This document shows, in pieces, positions 31,601-40,680 of a DNA stretch of 64,000 nucleotides. Each line of letters begins with the position of its first letter. Within the stretch, counting starts at the first letter, position 1. The notes beneath the pieces were generated by a model, which did no database searches, had not been told where the DNA came from, and worked only from the letters and a program-made list of their open reading frames with translations. Origin of the DNA: a virus. Both the position numbers and the translations under genes were made by a program. The stretch covers positions 32,001 through 96,000 of the IMG/VR virus record IMGVR_UViG_3300043429_000130. One strand, given 5' to 3'.

Positions 31601-33628
31601 AGCCATACTAAATCTTGTATCTGAATCTAAAGCTGCCCAACTTCTAGCTATTTTAAACTTATCACTATCTGAGTTATCAATACCCATTGACCAACCTTGC
31701 ACACCTCCAATATCAAAAGAAAGTATTGGATCACCTCCAGTTGCAGAACTAGTTCTGATTGCTATAATAGCATTTGACGTAGCAGTTGTTCCTGTATTAT
31801 ATAAATATATAACAGGAACATTGGTACTTGCAGCAGTACTATACGTATCATTTGTATTAGTAATAGTAAAACCTGTATTAGTTGTACTATTTCTTAAAAT
31901 AACACTTTGTAAAGTATCTGTTTCTGTATACCCAGTAATAAATGCAGGAGCTCCAGTAATCTTAGACCAAGCCAAAGCTGTAATCCAAGAAGGATCTGAG
32001 TATGTACTAGTAGTATATACTAAACTATCTGTAATACCATATCCTGCAATAGTAGTAGGTTTTGCAGATACGTTTGCAAAAGAAATACCTGTTATATAAC
32101 CATTAGGGTTTGAAGCTAAGTAGTAAGTTGAGTTATCATAACTCACTGTAGTACCGCTTACCTTTACAAAGCCTGTACCATTAAGTTGAGCTTGTTTTGT
32201 ACCTATACTTGTTGCCACTGTAGTAGCAAAGTTAGGATCGTCTCCAAGAGCAGCCGCTAACTCATTCAATGTATCTAATGTACCAGGAGCAGCATCTACT
32301 AAATTAGAAACAGCTGTGTTTACATAAGATTGAGTAGCATAAGAATTATTTGTAAGGTAGGTTCCTACACGTGCGTCCGTGTAATATAAGTTAGTACCTT
32401 CTACAATGTTTGTAGTTGATGCAGCAACCTTAGTCCATAGACCTGTAGATGCTACATATTTAATCATGTCTCCATCTGATGCATTCTTTACAGAAAGATC
32501 ATGAAGTTCATCTAGCTCAAAACCGTTTTGTACTTTTACAAAAATCTCACCATTATTTTGTTGTACACGTGTAACAACACCAATAAATACTAGGTGAGCT
32601 GGAGCTGTAGGTTTATTTAATAAACCAAAAATAAGATTACCATCTGTTCCTAACCATACAGGATCACCTGCATTTGCACCATTTGTATTTAATCCAGCAA
32701 GTAAACCTTCTGTTACAACAAAACCTTGACCATTTGTTGCTAAATTTTGAGCAACTAGTCCTAGTGTTTTACTAGATGTTTGTTCAGAAGCATTAGATGC
32801 TTTAGAAACAATCATATTAGTACCATCAGCAGATGATACATAAACCGCTTGACCTTTTGTTAAATCAACTCCTGCTTTTACAGTGTGTTGTACAGTACTT
32901 GTAAAATTAGGAATCCATGTAGTATTATAATCAGTACCATCCACCTTAGCTAAGATGTCTCCAGCTATACCACCAGACGGAACTAGCCCTTGGTAGTTAG
33001 GTATATTAAATACTCCTGTAGAAGAATTATAAGTAGCTGCTCCTGATACTCCTGTAGTGGTTAAACTAACTGCGGCTCTTGCACGAGCATTTGTATAATA
33101 TAAGTTTACAACTCCTTCAGGAAGTTGATCTGTAGTGGTTGAAGTTCCTTGATAAACAGGGCTAGCTACAATTACATCTATAATATCCCCAGTTGCCGCA
33201 GCTTCATTTAATGTAAATGTGCTACCGTTAGTAGCTGTACTTTGATTAGGAGATAAGTATACACCATTTAAGAATATATCAATAAGTCCTGGTGCATAAC
33301 CATTTGTTACAGTGAATACGGTTTGTCCTTCTGTAACAACAAATGTTTGTGTAGACTTAAGAGAGCTAGCACTACCACCAGTTACAGATAATACACCACT
33401 TCCTGAATCTATTGACAGACCAGTACCAACTTTAATACCTCCAAGTGTACTTGCAGAGGCAATAGGTAAGCTGTAAGGTTGAACGAAAGTTCTAACCCAT
33501 GCAGTGGTTGCTAACTTAGTAGAATTGTCGTTAGCATCAGGGGTCTGACCAGTAGCAGTATTGTTAAGTGTAACTACACCATCTACTGTCAGACCAGCTT
33601 TAGCTAGTATGTCAGATAGAAATTTCAT
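28694..33628 (-). CDS. Long tail fibre 1 with C-terminal intramolecular chaperone (peptidase S74-like)
   Basis: 1644 aa. GDVTAYSDKRIK...GFIAQDV...DYSKMVALLTEAIKEQQ. Confidence 0.85.
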   Translation of the reverse strand: MKFLSDILAKAGLTVDGVVTLNNTATGQTPDANDNSTKLATTAWVRTFVQPYSLPIASASTLGGIKVGTGLSIDSGSGVLSVTGGSASSLKSTQTFVVTEGQTVFTVTNGYAPGLIDIFLNGVYLSPNQSTATNGSTFTLNEAAATGDIIDVIVASPVYQGTSTTTDQLPEGVVNLYYTNARARAAVSLTTTGVSGAATYNSSTGVFNIPNYQGLVPSGGIAGDILAKVDGTDYNTTWIPNFTSTVQHTVKAGVDLTKGQAVYVSSADGTNMIVSKASNASEQTSSKTLGLVAQNLATNGQGFVVTEGLLAGLNTNGANAGDPVWLGTDGNLIFGLLNKPTAPAHLVFIGVVTRVQQNNGEIFVKVQNGFELDELHDLSVKNASDGDMIKYVASTGLWTKVAASTTNIVEGTNLYYTDARVGTYLTNNSYATQSYVNTAVSNLVDAAPGTLDTLNELAAALGDDPNFATTVATSIGTKQAQLNGTGFVKVSGTTVSYDNSTYYLASNPNGYITGISFANVSAKPTTIAGYGITDSLVYTTSTYSDPSWITALAWSKITGAPAFITGYTETDTLQSVILRNSTTNTGFTITNTNDTYSTAASTNVPVIYLYNTGTTATSNAIIAIRTSSATGGDPILSFDIGGVQGWSMGIDNSDSDKFKIARSWAALDSDTRFSMAVDGTANFTGSLTAANLSGTNTGDQTNISGNAVTVSQRDFSGDISTGGMGRFTGWYTGNAATGLAAEIGTSGGQVYIIAYNRQTSTYGTVNIEGSASTLRITGSTVNVVTGSLQQGGNQVWHAGNFIPSNYLPLSGGTVTGKTNIGTGGSTNGGIFNVTGGTDNQMNISHNSSWGLLLGYCNESSPTGYHGPNHAAIINVQDAPLHLGSNNSSVLRIVSTGASILGNTIIHAGNYNSYALPLSGGTMSGTPVFAAAWSNAGGDYTGITNPAYKVDVASGYWRVVYKGAHSSVSGVYNFESGKNVYWGEPTDTGDYVFRGRSIKWAASNGTEYTVWNSSNLTNLNQLTNGPGYITGYTETDTLATVMSRGSSTASGITFTAPGGSILLKHAVSEVDAWIFQENAANWGLYWKNNPSGNHTFGGYTTVGAELFGMSAANVNGNGVLTSNFVGATSAYAQWMMSNFTGYIWSASTIFAAGDMRAPRFYSSLSSGTMFSHGAMTDAFGYNGSYGTYIGSPVGGTYYIYANGTFFDNGTIRTLIHSGNIGSQSVNYATSAGSASVASRAYYSIDGFTNTGGHGTSYIQNELPAANNGAATGRVVLYQWCSEPGVTWDWAGFGYNVINNGGSPSGFGRFNGNFGQAYMRFSPSGDWFFYNTTTGGTRTSSMTLSSTGAASFGSTISNGSVWINNGGNFNAYNENIRLFNAPNGVSVIAFSASGESGMPTTSILGYSDRMEFRYGNGEQFRIWNGYVTVAGSLTAASSVTGNDVYTSGGWFRNHTNNNGIYWSNTGWHLYPENGSDFYVHSGNSDASIHFIGGGTTRNYIHNSAANEIGFLNTGRNWIFRVDNSGNATASGDVTAYSDKRIKSNITPVKNALEKVLQLTGVYYNRIDIEDKSTKLGFIAQDVKEIVPEVVSVQPDLLAGISDRHSIDYSKMVALLTEAIKEQQTQIESQKSEIEELKDLVKQLINR

Positions 33629-33638
33629 TCAGAGTTTA

Positions 33639-34865
33639 TTATTTCTTGATGATTACACGATATGCATTAGCAGAAGGAGCTACAGCAAAACTTACAGTTA
33701 CTGTTGCAGCATCTGTAATTACTACATCTGTAATAACTTCTTCTAATGTAGTATTATCTTTAATCATGACAATTACATCAATAGTGTTTAAGCCGTGGGA
33801 AATAGCATAAGAAGTGCCAGCTCCACCAATGTTTACAGCATAACCACCAGTTCTGTTATCTAATAAAGTCTTTAATTTAAGTGGAGTAACAATTGTAGTG
33901 TCATCTGTTCCAGCATCAGTCTCTGCTTGTGTTGCAAGTTCTGCAATACCTGTACGATATTCAGTAGCTGTACGAGCAGATAAACCAGATGGTGTTACTG
34001 CCTTTACAGTATCTGTACCAGTTTGTACTTCAATATCAGTTGCAATGTATACAAGACCTAATACTGTTGTAGTAGCTTGATCTCTATTAGTTTCTAAAAC
34101 TATCCAATCTGCTTCTGTAATAGATTGAGCTCCATCATTTTTTGCTACAAAAACATCACCAATATTAACTTTAACTTGTGTAGCAGTATTTGTATTAATT
34201 AATCCGGCAGTAGTTGCATACCAGTAATCTCCTTTTTTAATAACAGCAGGAGAAGTTACTTGAGGAAATGATGACCATAATGCTACATCCCAACCACCTT
34301 CTAAATTACCTAATCCACCAACAACAGTATCAATATAACTTTTAATTGCTGTAGAAGTAGCTAATGTAGAAGAACTAGAGTTAGCCATATCTGTGATAAT
34401 AGTAACTTCTGCAGGATTAGCTGTAGCTCCGGATACGTTACCAATTACTGTTAGATTAGCAATCTGTTGTAACTTATCAAAAGTTACCGCATTAGCGTTA
34501 ATTTTTACAGTGGTAACTGCAGAGTTAGCAAGTTTACCTGTAATAATACCTAAGTCTTTTACTCTTAGACTATCATTATCAATTTCAATTGTAGCATTAT
34601 CTACGTTTACATCCAACGTGATAACGTCACCGTTAGCTGATGTTGTAGCTGTTAAACCGCTACCTCCAAGAACATCTTGGATGTCACCTGACATATCAAC
34701 CCATTGGGTTCCATCCCAGAAGAACATTCTTAATACTGAAGGAGTAGTGTCAAAATAGATTTGACCAACTACTGGACTTCCCGGTGCACCAGCATTGTTG
34801 TGTACCGCTACGTTGATAATCTGGTTTTTGGTGAGGTCCAGATTGGTTAAAAACTTTTTAGACAT
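33639..34865 (-). CDS. Short tail fibre / fibre adaptor
   Basis: ATT..GL..IAT..EV..GTD..KAVTP repeats of the T4 fibre type, and a C-terminal HGLNT.DV domain. Confidence 0.65.
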   Translation of the reverse strand: MSKKFLTNLDLTKNQIINVAVHNNAGAPGSPVVGQIYFDTTPSVLRMFFWDGTQWVDMSGDIQDVLGGSGLTATTSANGDVITLDVNVDNATIEIDNDSLRVKDLGIITGKLANSAVTTVKINANAVTFDKLQQIANLTVIGNVSGATANPAEVTIITDMANSSSSTLATSTAIKSYIDTVVGGLGNLEGGWDVALWSSFPQVTSPAVIKKGDYWYATTAGLINTNTATQVKVNIGDVFVAKNDGAQSITEADWIVLETNRDQATTTVLGLVYIATDIEVQTGTDTVKAVTPSGLSARTATEYRTGIAELATQAETDAGTDDTTIVTPLKLKTLLDNRTGGYAVNIGGAGTSYAISHGLNTIDVIVMIKDNTTLEEVITDVVITDAATVTVSFAVAPSANAYRVIIKK

Positions 34866-34883
34866 GGTATATATATTTTACAA

Positions 34884-35411
34884 TTAGTTCAAAAATGCTT
34901 TCCCACTAAATGGTGCAGAAAACTTTACTGTTAATGAATTAGCGTTTATATGCTCCACTTCTCCTATAACTTCTTCATTACTAGAATCTACTATAGAAAC
35001 AGATGGGTACTTATTTAAGTTGTGTGTAATGTTCCACGTGGAACTTGACACGGTCTGATTATGAATATGAGAAAACTTATAACTATCTTGTATAGAAAGA
35101 TTATCTCTATACGTAAGAGTTATAGTTCTATTTTGTGTATCAGAAGTAATATCAATTGCTACTACTGTTTTATTAAAAGCCTCCTCTATCTCAGTAATCT
35201 GTTCTTGAGATACACTCATCTGATCCCACTGATTACCATCCCAAGCATATAAAAGATGTAGTGTAGTATCATATACAACAACACCAGCATCACCAGAATT
35301 ATACCCAGAAGCTAAAGCAATTCTTTCTGCTGTTGTTACAGGTTGTAACTTAGCATTAAGAATCTGATTTTTGTTAAAATCATAATCTACGTATATCTTC
35401 TGTACTGCCAT
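34884..35411 (-). CDS. Tail-fibre adaptor-like protein
   Basis: C-terminal WNITHNLNKYPSVSIVD domain is shared with the neighbouring genes. Confidence 0.55.
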   Translation of the reverse strand: MAVQKIYVDYDFNKNQILNAKLQPVTTAERIALASGYNSGDAGVVVYDTTLHLLYAWDGNQWDQMSVSQEQITEIEEAFNKTVVAIDITSDTQNRTITLTYRDNLSIQDSYKFSHIHNQTVSSSTWNITHNLNKYPSVSIVDSSNEEVIGEVEHINANSLTVKFSAPFSGKAFLN

Positions 35412-36028
35412 TATGATAAGTATGCTCTACCAGCTACGGCTTGGTTAAATGTAATTGTAACAGTATTATTATCTACATACTGAATAACACCTTGAATATC
35501 TACACCTGATAAGTCTTCAGTAGTAATATTAGGTTTAAGTCCCATACCATGCACAATATTCCATACAGTGGCAGGTGTTTGTTGTGTAAACTCAAATGAG
35601 CTATTCTGATTAAAGTTAATAGCTGGGTTTAAGTTAATTCTTGTTACACAACCACCACTATTTACCTCAATAATATTTTTAGTACCATCACCGTAAGTGT
35701 AACCAAAACCTACTTGTTGTGGTGCATCAGCAGATGAAGACTTATAATAACCAGGACCCCACACATCACTACTTCTATCATATTGTACAGAAGTATCATT
35801 TCTATAACTAACTGGTAACCAAGTGGTATAGTTAATATTACTTTGACACAAAGCTCCTTCATCCTCAATAGCTTGCCAGTCTACAATCTGTTTTCTCATA
35901 TCAATAAGATCATCATTTAAGTCTGGTCTGCATGAGTTAATACCATAACGCATCTGTCTGTACACTCTATTAAGAGAGTCAGCAAACTCTTTATAGTACT
36001 TTTCTTTTTTAGGAAGGAGGGTTCTCAT
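35411..36028 (-). CDS. Tail hub-like structural protein
   Basis: Synteny after the auxiliary capsid gene; C-terminal WNIVHGMGLKP domain. Confidence 0.5.
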   Translation of the reverse strand: MRTLLPKKEKYYKEFADSLNRVYRQMRYGINSCRPDLNDDLIDMRKQIVDWQAIEDEGALCQSNINYTTWLPVSYRNDTSVQYDRSSDVWGPGYYKSSSADAPQQVGFGYTYGDGTKNIIEVNSGGCVTRINLNPAINFNQNSSFEFTQQTPATVWNIVHGMGLKPNITTEDLSGVDIQGVIQYVDNNTVTITFNQAVAGRAYLS

Positions 36029-36191
36029 TTTGAGTTTCTGTTTTAGTATTTAAAGCAGCCATTAAAGCTTGTGCATTAATCTGAATCTCATAAGATGAAA
36101 TACAGTTAGCACATACTCTTGTTCCGTTAGATGCTATTCTGTCTTGGCATCCACAAGTAATAGTAGTTCCGCAATTTGTACAAGTTCTCAT
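36009..36191 (-). CDS. Small Cys-rich (Zn-finger-like) protein
   Basis: CTNC...CGC...CANC in 60 aa. Confidence 0.55.
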   Translation of the reverse strand: MRTCTNCGTTITCGCQDRIASNGTRVCANCISSYEIQINAQALMAALNTKTETQNENPPS

Positions 36192-36219
36192 ATATGTTGG
36201 TTTTTATGAAATCTTTATT

Positions 36220-36765
36220 CTAAGCACACTCTGAAGCGTACTTGTTTAGCTTCTTCTGAGCATACATCAATAGTTCCATACCAGCAGATGGTTCATGACA
36301 ATACTCAACTTTAGCTTTAGCTGCGTCAATAAAACTTTTAATAAGACGTAGCTCTTCTAGTTTATCTTTAACATCAGCATCTGGTTCACAGGCTGACATT
36401 TCTAGATCACAAAGTAAGTTAAAATATTTATTAGTTGTTTGTGTTGTGCGTAAATGATTATATTCTACGAACACATTTGTATTAGGACTAACAGAATAGT
36501 TAATCACATAAATACCATCAGGTAAAGGCTGAGAGGCTTCTGTACAAGAAGTACGTTGTAAACCTAAACTACATGCGTTTAGAACGATGTTAAAGTTAGG
36601 TAACACCTCAATACCTACAGGTAGATTAAACCCGGGAGAAGTAATTCTTAATGCTCCACAGTCTACAGGCAGACCATCTGCGTAGATACTAGTGTCAAAA
36701 AGACGTAAAACCTTGATATTGTTGGTATCAGGCAGCTCTAAACTTAGCTGGTGTTTGCTTGCCAT
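36220..36765 (-). CDS. Tail hub-like structural protein
   Basis: LPDGIYVINYSV segment plus helical C-terminus; crAss-like synteny. Confidence 0.55.
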   Translation of the reverse strand: MASKHQLSLELPDTNNIKVLRLFDTSIYADGLPVDCGALRITSPGFNLPVGIEVLPNFNIVLNACSLGLQRTSCTEASQPLPDGIYVINYSVSPNTNVFVEYNHLRTTQTTNKYFNLLCDLEMSACEPDADVKDKLEELRLIKSFIDAAKAKVEYCHEPSAGMELLMYAQKKLNKYASECA

Positions 36766-36808
36766 AATAATAAACTTTAAATATTTATATAGATTGGAGA
36801 ATACAAGT

Positions 36809-36825
36809 TCTCAATAATAATATAC
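36809..36825 (-). promoter_or_regulatory. Putative phage late promoter motif GTATATTATTATTGAGA
   Basis: Copy of the repeated motif, just downstream of a terminator. Confidence 0.55.
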
Positions 36826-36845
36826 TAATTTTTTGGGACATGTCC

Positions 36846-36882
36846 AAAAAACAAAAAGGGAGGGACGTGTGTCCTCTCCCTT
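36846..36882 (-). terminator. Intrinsic terminator
   Basis: AAGGGAGAGGAC-ACAC-GTCCCTCCCTTTTTGTTTTTT on the minus strand. Confidence 0.75.
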
Positions 36883-36906
36883 AGTGTTTAGATATTCTTA
36901 ATATCC

Positions 36907-38253
36907 TTATACAGTCTCTAAAGATACTGCGTTACCAGCCGCACTTGCACTTGCTGCAATGAAGTTAGTAATTGAGTCAGTGTTAGTACCAGCAGGTACG
37001 TGAACCACGATCAAATACTGATCATTATCAAAAGTACTAGTAGGGTTGTTAAAACGTGGAACGTTGTGTAAGATCAATACTTGATCATACAAACCGCTAC
37101 GGTTAACAGTTGCCAAAGCTGGATCAGCTTCAATCTCACGCATACGTAAGCTATCTACACGAGAGCTATCAGGATATGCATGCTGTAAGTAACGACCATC
37201 TAAGATCAACTCACGTAATACAGTTTCACCAACACCAGATGCTTGCTTAGGAGCTTTTGTTTCTGATACAGTGATACATTCTACTTTACAAGGCTCACCA
37301 GACTCGTCTACTACAGAAGCGTAGATAAACAAAGGCTCAAGATCATACTTGTCAGTAGGAGTGAACGTACAGTTACCAAAAGTTGTGTCTACATAAGCAG
37401 CAACAATATCCAAGTGAGAGTTTACAGATCCCAAGCTAGAAGTAGCAGGAGTGTAACCAGCAGTAGTTTGTGCAGTAAATACTGCAGCATTACCGTTTGT
37501 AGAGCTAACTGCAGCAACAGAAAGAACTACGTTTGCATTACCAGAAGACGCTGAGTCAGCAGCACCAACACTTACAACAATGCTATTAGGAGCTAAAGAA
37601 GCATGAACTACTTTTTCACCAACTTGGAAAAGAGCAGCATCAGCGTTTGCTACAGCAATAGTTGCAGAACCTGAAGTAGGATCAATAGCTACAGAAGCTG
37701 TAGTTTCTAACCATACTTTAGCTTGAACGAAATCTTTCAACAAAGGAGCTTCGTTGATCTGATCAGCCCATTTCAAAAGAGCCACAGTGTGATCAATTGC
37801 AGCATTGTTTACATCACAGCATCCTGTGTAAGCATCCAATGTTTTGTACAACTGGTGGTTCAAGAAACGGAGAGCAGGAGAACCTTTAACATCAAGACGT
37901 AGACGGATAGTGCTGTCACAAGCAAGACCTGCACAAGCATTAGCTTCTACTTTGATAATTTGGTTCTGAGCTACATCAGAAGTCACCTTGATAAGGCGGC
38001 TGATGTACTTAGGGTTGATAGCTTTAGACTTCTTAGACTCTTTGTAACCACCGTGAACGGGGCCAATTTTGTCTGAAGCAAAACGACTACCTTCAGCTAA
38101 GATAAATGGAGCAGCTTGTGCAGAAACTACTTGGAAAGTCTTGGCATCAAAGAAACCAATCTGTCCAGCAGTCAAAGCAGCAGTTGATCCTGAGCTAGCA
38201 AGAGTTGTGCTAGCAGGCAAGAATGACTTGCGGAATGCATTAGGAAAATACAT
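36907..38253 (-). CDS. Auxiliary capsid / abundant structural protein
   Basis: 448 aa, Ala-rich. Sits in the crAss-like auxiliary capsid slot, shares a 5' leader with the MCP gene and is followed by a terminator. Confidence 0.6.
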   Translation of the reverse strand: MYFPNAFRKSFLPASTTLASSGSTAALTAGQIGFFDAKTFQVVSAQAAPFILAEGSRFASDKIGPVHGGYKESKKSKAINPKYISRLIKVTSDVAQNQIIKVEANACAGLACDSTIRLRLDVKGSPALRFLNHQLYKTLDAYTGCCDVNNAAIDHTVALLKWADQINEAPLLKDFVQAKVWLETTASVAIDPTSGSATIAVANADAALFQVGEKVVHASLAPNSIVVSVGAADSASSGNANVVLSVAAVSSTNGNAAVFTAQTTAGYTPATSSLGSVNSHLDIVAAYVDTTFGNCTFTPTDKYDLEPLFIYASVVDESGEPCKVECITVSETKAPKQASGVGETVLRELILDGRYLQHAYPDSSRVDSLRMREIEADPALATVNRSGLYDQVLILHNVPRFNNPTSTFDNDQYLIVVHVPAGTNTDSITNFIAASASAAGNAVSLETV

Positions 38254-38296
38254 AGGGCTTTAATTTAAAGGGTTATAAATAAATAAAAAACAAATT

Positions 38297-38710
38297 TTAA
38301 CTTAAAAACATTAACTTATACTTGGTTGCAGAGATTAAACTTTTCACCTCATCTAGTTGGTTTGTTACTTCTGAGAAAGGCATAATCTTTTGTAACTCAA
38401 CAACTTCTGTATATAGTTCTTTCATGTGAGAGATTGCTTCCTGTACAGATCCGCACTTATACGGTGTTACTGTTGGAAAGTCTAGAAGCTTCTCACGAGC
38501 TCCTTGATACTGTTCTGCAACAGCATCTACTAAATCTGGCATTCCATCATAAAACTCATTAAGAGCTTTATGTACTGAAAAAGAACCAGGTCCAGTAATC
38601 TTTAAATGCAACTGGTGCATACTTGTTGTAAGAGCTTGAGCATGAGCCAACATTGCTGCTGTTTCCATGCAAGGTCCCATAGGTCCAGGTCTTTGTAACT
38701 TCTGTATCAT
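38297..38710 (-). CDS. Ferritin/Dps-like four-helix-bundle protein
   Basis: HQLHLKITGPGSFSVHKALNEFYD...DAVAEQ matches the Dps-type HW..G..F...H...E..Y...D..AE pattern. Confidence 0.7.
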   Translation of the reverse strand: MIQKLQRPGPMGPCMETAAMLAHAQALTTSMHQLHLKITGPGSFSVHKALNEFYDGMPDLVDAVAEQYQGAREKLLDFPTVTPYKCGSVQEAISHMKELYTEVVELQKIMPFSEVTNQLDEVKSLISATKYKLMFLS

Positions 38711-39414
38711 TAACTATTTCTTTGTGCGTTTTGTACTTCTCTCTGATACTGGTTCATAGACTCTATATCACCTGCTAAAATAGCAGCAGCTTCGTCTACT
38801 AAAATCTCACAAATGTCATCCTTTAACTCACACTCTACATTAGTTGTATACGTTTGTCCTGTAGAAATGTTACTACAACCTAAGATTTGAATATCTTTTG
38901 GCTTTCTATAGTATACAAGCTTAGTATCATGTACAGTAAATAAACCGTTTGTATAGATTCTAATCTTATCTCCAAATATTGTACAGAAAGTTTCAGCCCA
39001 TTCAAAAGAAGGTGACTTAAAACTATCTGCTAATAAAATGTCAACGTTAGCTTCTTCAGCTTGGTATACAGTAGACAAAACTCTTTTTGGGCAGCAGTCA
39101 TTCTTTATATTAGCACTAACTCTTACAAAATGTAAATAGTTAGCTGGAATAGCAACTGTTTCAAAAAACTTTGGCTTCTCATCACCTCTTAAGTCAACCT
39201 CATTTAGTAATATCTGAAGATCATCAACAACTGTTACACTCTGTTCTGAAGACTCTTTAAGAGCATTTAACCCATGAAGACGTCTACGTACCCATTCAAG
39301 TTGAGCCTTATTAAAAGCCTCTTGGATCATCCAACACTCAATGTTGTCATAATCAAAAGAGCCAAGCTTATTAAGCCTCTGCTTTATCTTTATCTGTAAC
39401 AGGTTGTTGTTCAT
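38710..39414 (-). CDS. Head-tail ring/adaptor protein (crAss-like conserved gene)
   Basis: FNKAQLEW...DDLQILL...YYRKP motifs; synteny after the MCP gene. Confidence 0.6.
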   Translation of the reverse strand: MNNNLLQIKIKQRLNKLGSFDYDNIECWMIQEAFNKAQLEWVRRRLHGLNALKESSEQSVTVVDDLQILLNEVDLRGDEKPKFFETVAIPANYLHFVRVSANIKNDCCPKRVLSTVYQAEEANVDILLADSFKSPSFEWAETFCTIFGDKIRIYTNGLFTVHDTKLVYYRKPKDIQILGCSNISTGQTYTTNVECELKDDICEILVDEAAAILAGDIESMNQYQREVQNAQRNS

Positions 39415-39425
39415 ATTTTATAAAG

Positions 39426-39461
39426 ACCTGGGTGCTGTTCTTAAGGGAAGCAACCCAGGTA
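39426..39461. terminator. Intergenic hairpin
   Basis: ACCTGGGT-GCT...AGC-AACCCAGGT imperfect inverted repeat. Confidence 0.4.
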
Positions 39462-39467
39462 CTGTTT

Positions 39468-40484
39468 TTACTGGTTCCAGTACTTCTCTACCTTCTTTGT
39501 TAAATCTACCAAGATCTCTTCATTCAAAGGGTTCTTTAAGTATTCTACACAATCACTAGGAGTACGTCCTAACATTGTTGTAGTTTCCATGTGGTAGATA
39601 AACCCGTCAGCCTTAGTTGCAATAAACTTATAATATGTACAGTCTTTTACAATAGCTCTAATCTTTAATGTTTCCATATCAAGAGTAGCAACATCTAAGA
39701 ATCTCTGAGCGGTTTTACGCTTATCTTTCTCTACAAGATCACCGTTAATATACTTATCCATGTTGTCATAGACAATATCATTTGGTGTAGACTTCTTATA
39801 CTGAGCACTGTTAGGGTCTAACACTTTTGCTACGTATAGAAGCTTGTTCTGGTTCTTGTCAAATAACTTCTGAAGTTCAGCTAACGCCTTATTACGCATC
39901 TTCTTAACTTCTGTTTGTACTGATGCAGTTTCTTCTAGCTTATCTAAATAAAACTTAGGAGGAACTGGCATTCTGCGTGCTTCTTCTAAGCTCTTAGCTA
40001 CGATTGAGAAACCTCCTGCTTCAATAGCATACAATCTAATTAGATCATATGGATCTTTATCAGGTTCTAAATACGTTGGCTCGTTACCACATCTAATCTT
40101 GATCTTGTCCCAGAAAGCTGAATTATCAGGTTTCATCAACTTAATCTTATTCCAGAAGTTTTCATCTGTTGGATCTACTACGTTAGCTGCTAGTTCTTTT
40201 TCCAACTGTGCAACCACTGCTCTGATCTGCTTAACTTTAGCTTCTTGATCTTCTGCAGGTAGTCCTTTAACGTCTGGAGAAAACTCATTTAATCCAGTGA
40301 TGTATCTTACGATACCGTTAATCTCTAGACAAGCTAATTGTTCCTCGTGGAACGCTCCGTCAAAAAGACTTAATCCGTACTTCTGTAGTCCCATATTATC
40401 TACCATTGGATCAAAGAATGGTCTAATAGCAATAGTGGACTTCTTGTTCTGTGGATACTTCTCCACGATGGTTACTCCGCTCAT
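39468..40484 (-). CDS. Conserved crAss-like protein following the MCP gene
   Basis: 338 aa; position directly after MCP. Confidence 0.55.
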   Translation of the reverse strand: MSGVTIVEKYPQNKKSTIAIRPFFDPMVDNMGLQKYGLSLFDGAFHEEQLACLEINGIVRYITGLNEFSPDVKGLPAEDQEAKVKQIRAVVAQLEKELAANVVDPTDENFWNKIKLMKPDNSAFWDKIKIRCGNEPTYLEPDKDPYDLIRLYAIEAGGFSIVAKSLEEARRMPVPPKFYLDKLEETASVQTEVKKMRNKALAELQKLFDKNQNKLLYVAKVLDPNSAQYKKSTPNDIVYDNMDKYINGDLVEKDKRKTAQRFLDVATLDMETLKIRAIVKDCTYYKFIATKADGFIYHMETTTMLGRTPSDCVEYLKNPLNEEILVDLTKKVEKYWNQ

Positions 40485-40544
40485 GTTTGGTTTGTTTGGT
40501 TTTTACTATAACTGGTCACAATATATGACCTTTTATATTTAGAA

Positions 40545-40666
40545 CCTATTGAGAGTTGCAAGCTCCCCATGTGATCATCATGGTATGCGTACAATAGGTG
40601 GCCTGCAGAGACTATCTACAGGGTGGCACTGTTGTACCTTTTGGCAGGGGATTTTAACCCCCTGCC
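40545..40666 (-). ncRNA. Structured intergenic RNA containing a D-armless tRNA-like fold (40545-40598)
   Basis: Three hairpins followed by a three-way junction: CCTATTG/CAATAGG, CCATG-ATGATCA-CATGG and GGAG-CTTGCAA-CTCT. Confidence 0.5.
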
Positions 40667-40680
40667 TCAGATACTATTTT

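Noticed and set aside
18893-33628. Diversity-generating retroelement acting on the fibres
   Set aside because: No reverse transcriptase and no adenine-specific TR/VR pair seen in this window.
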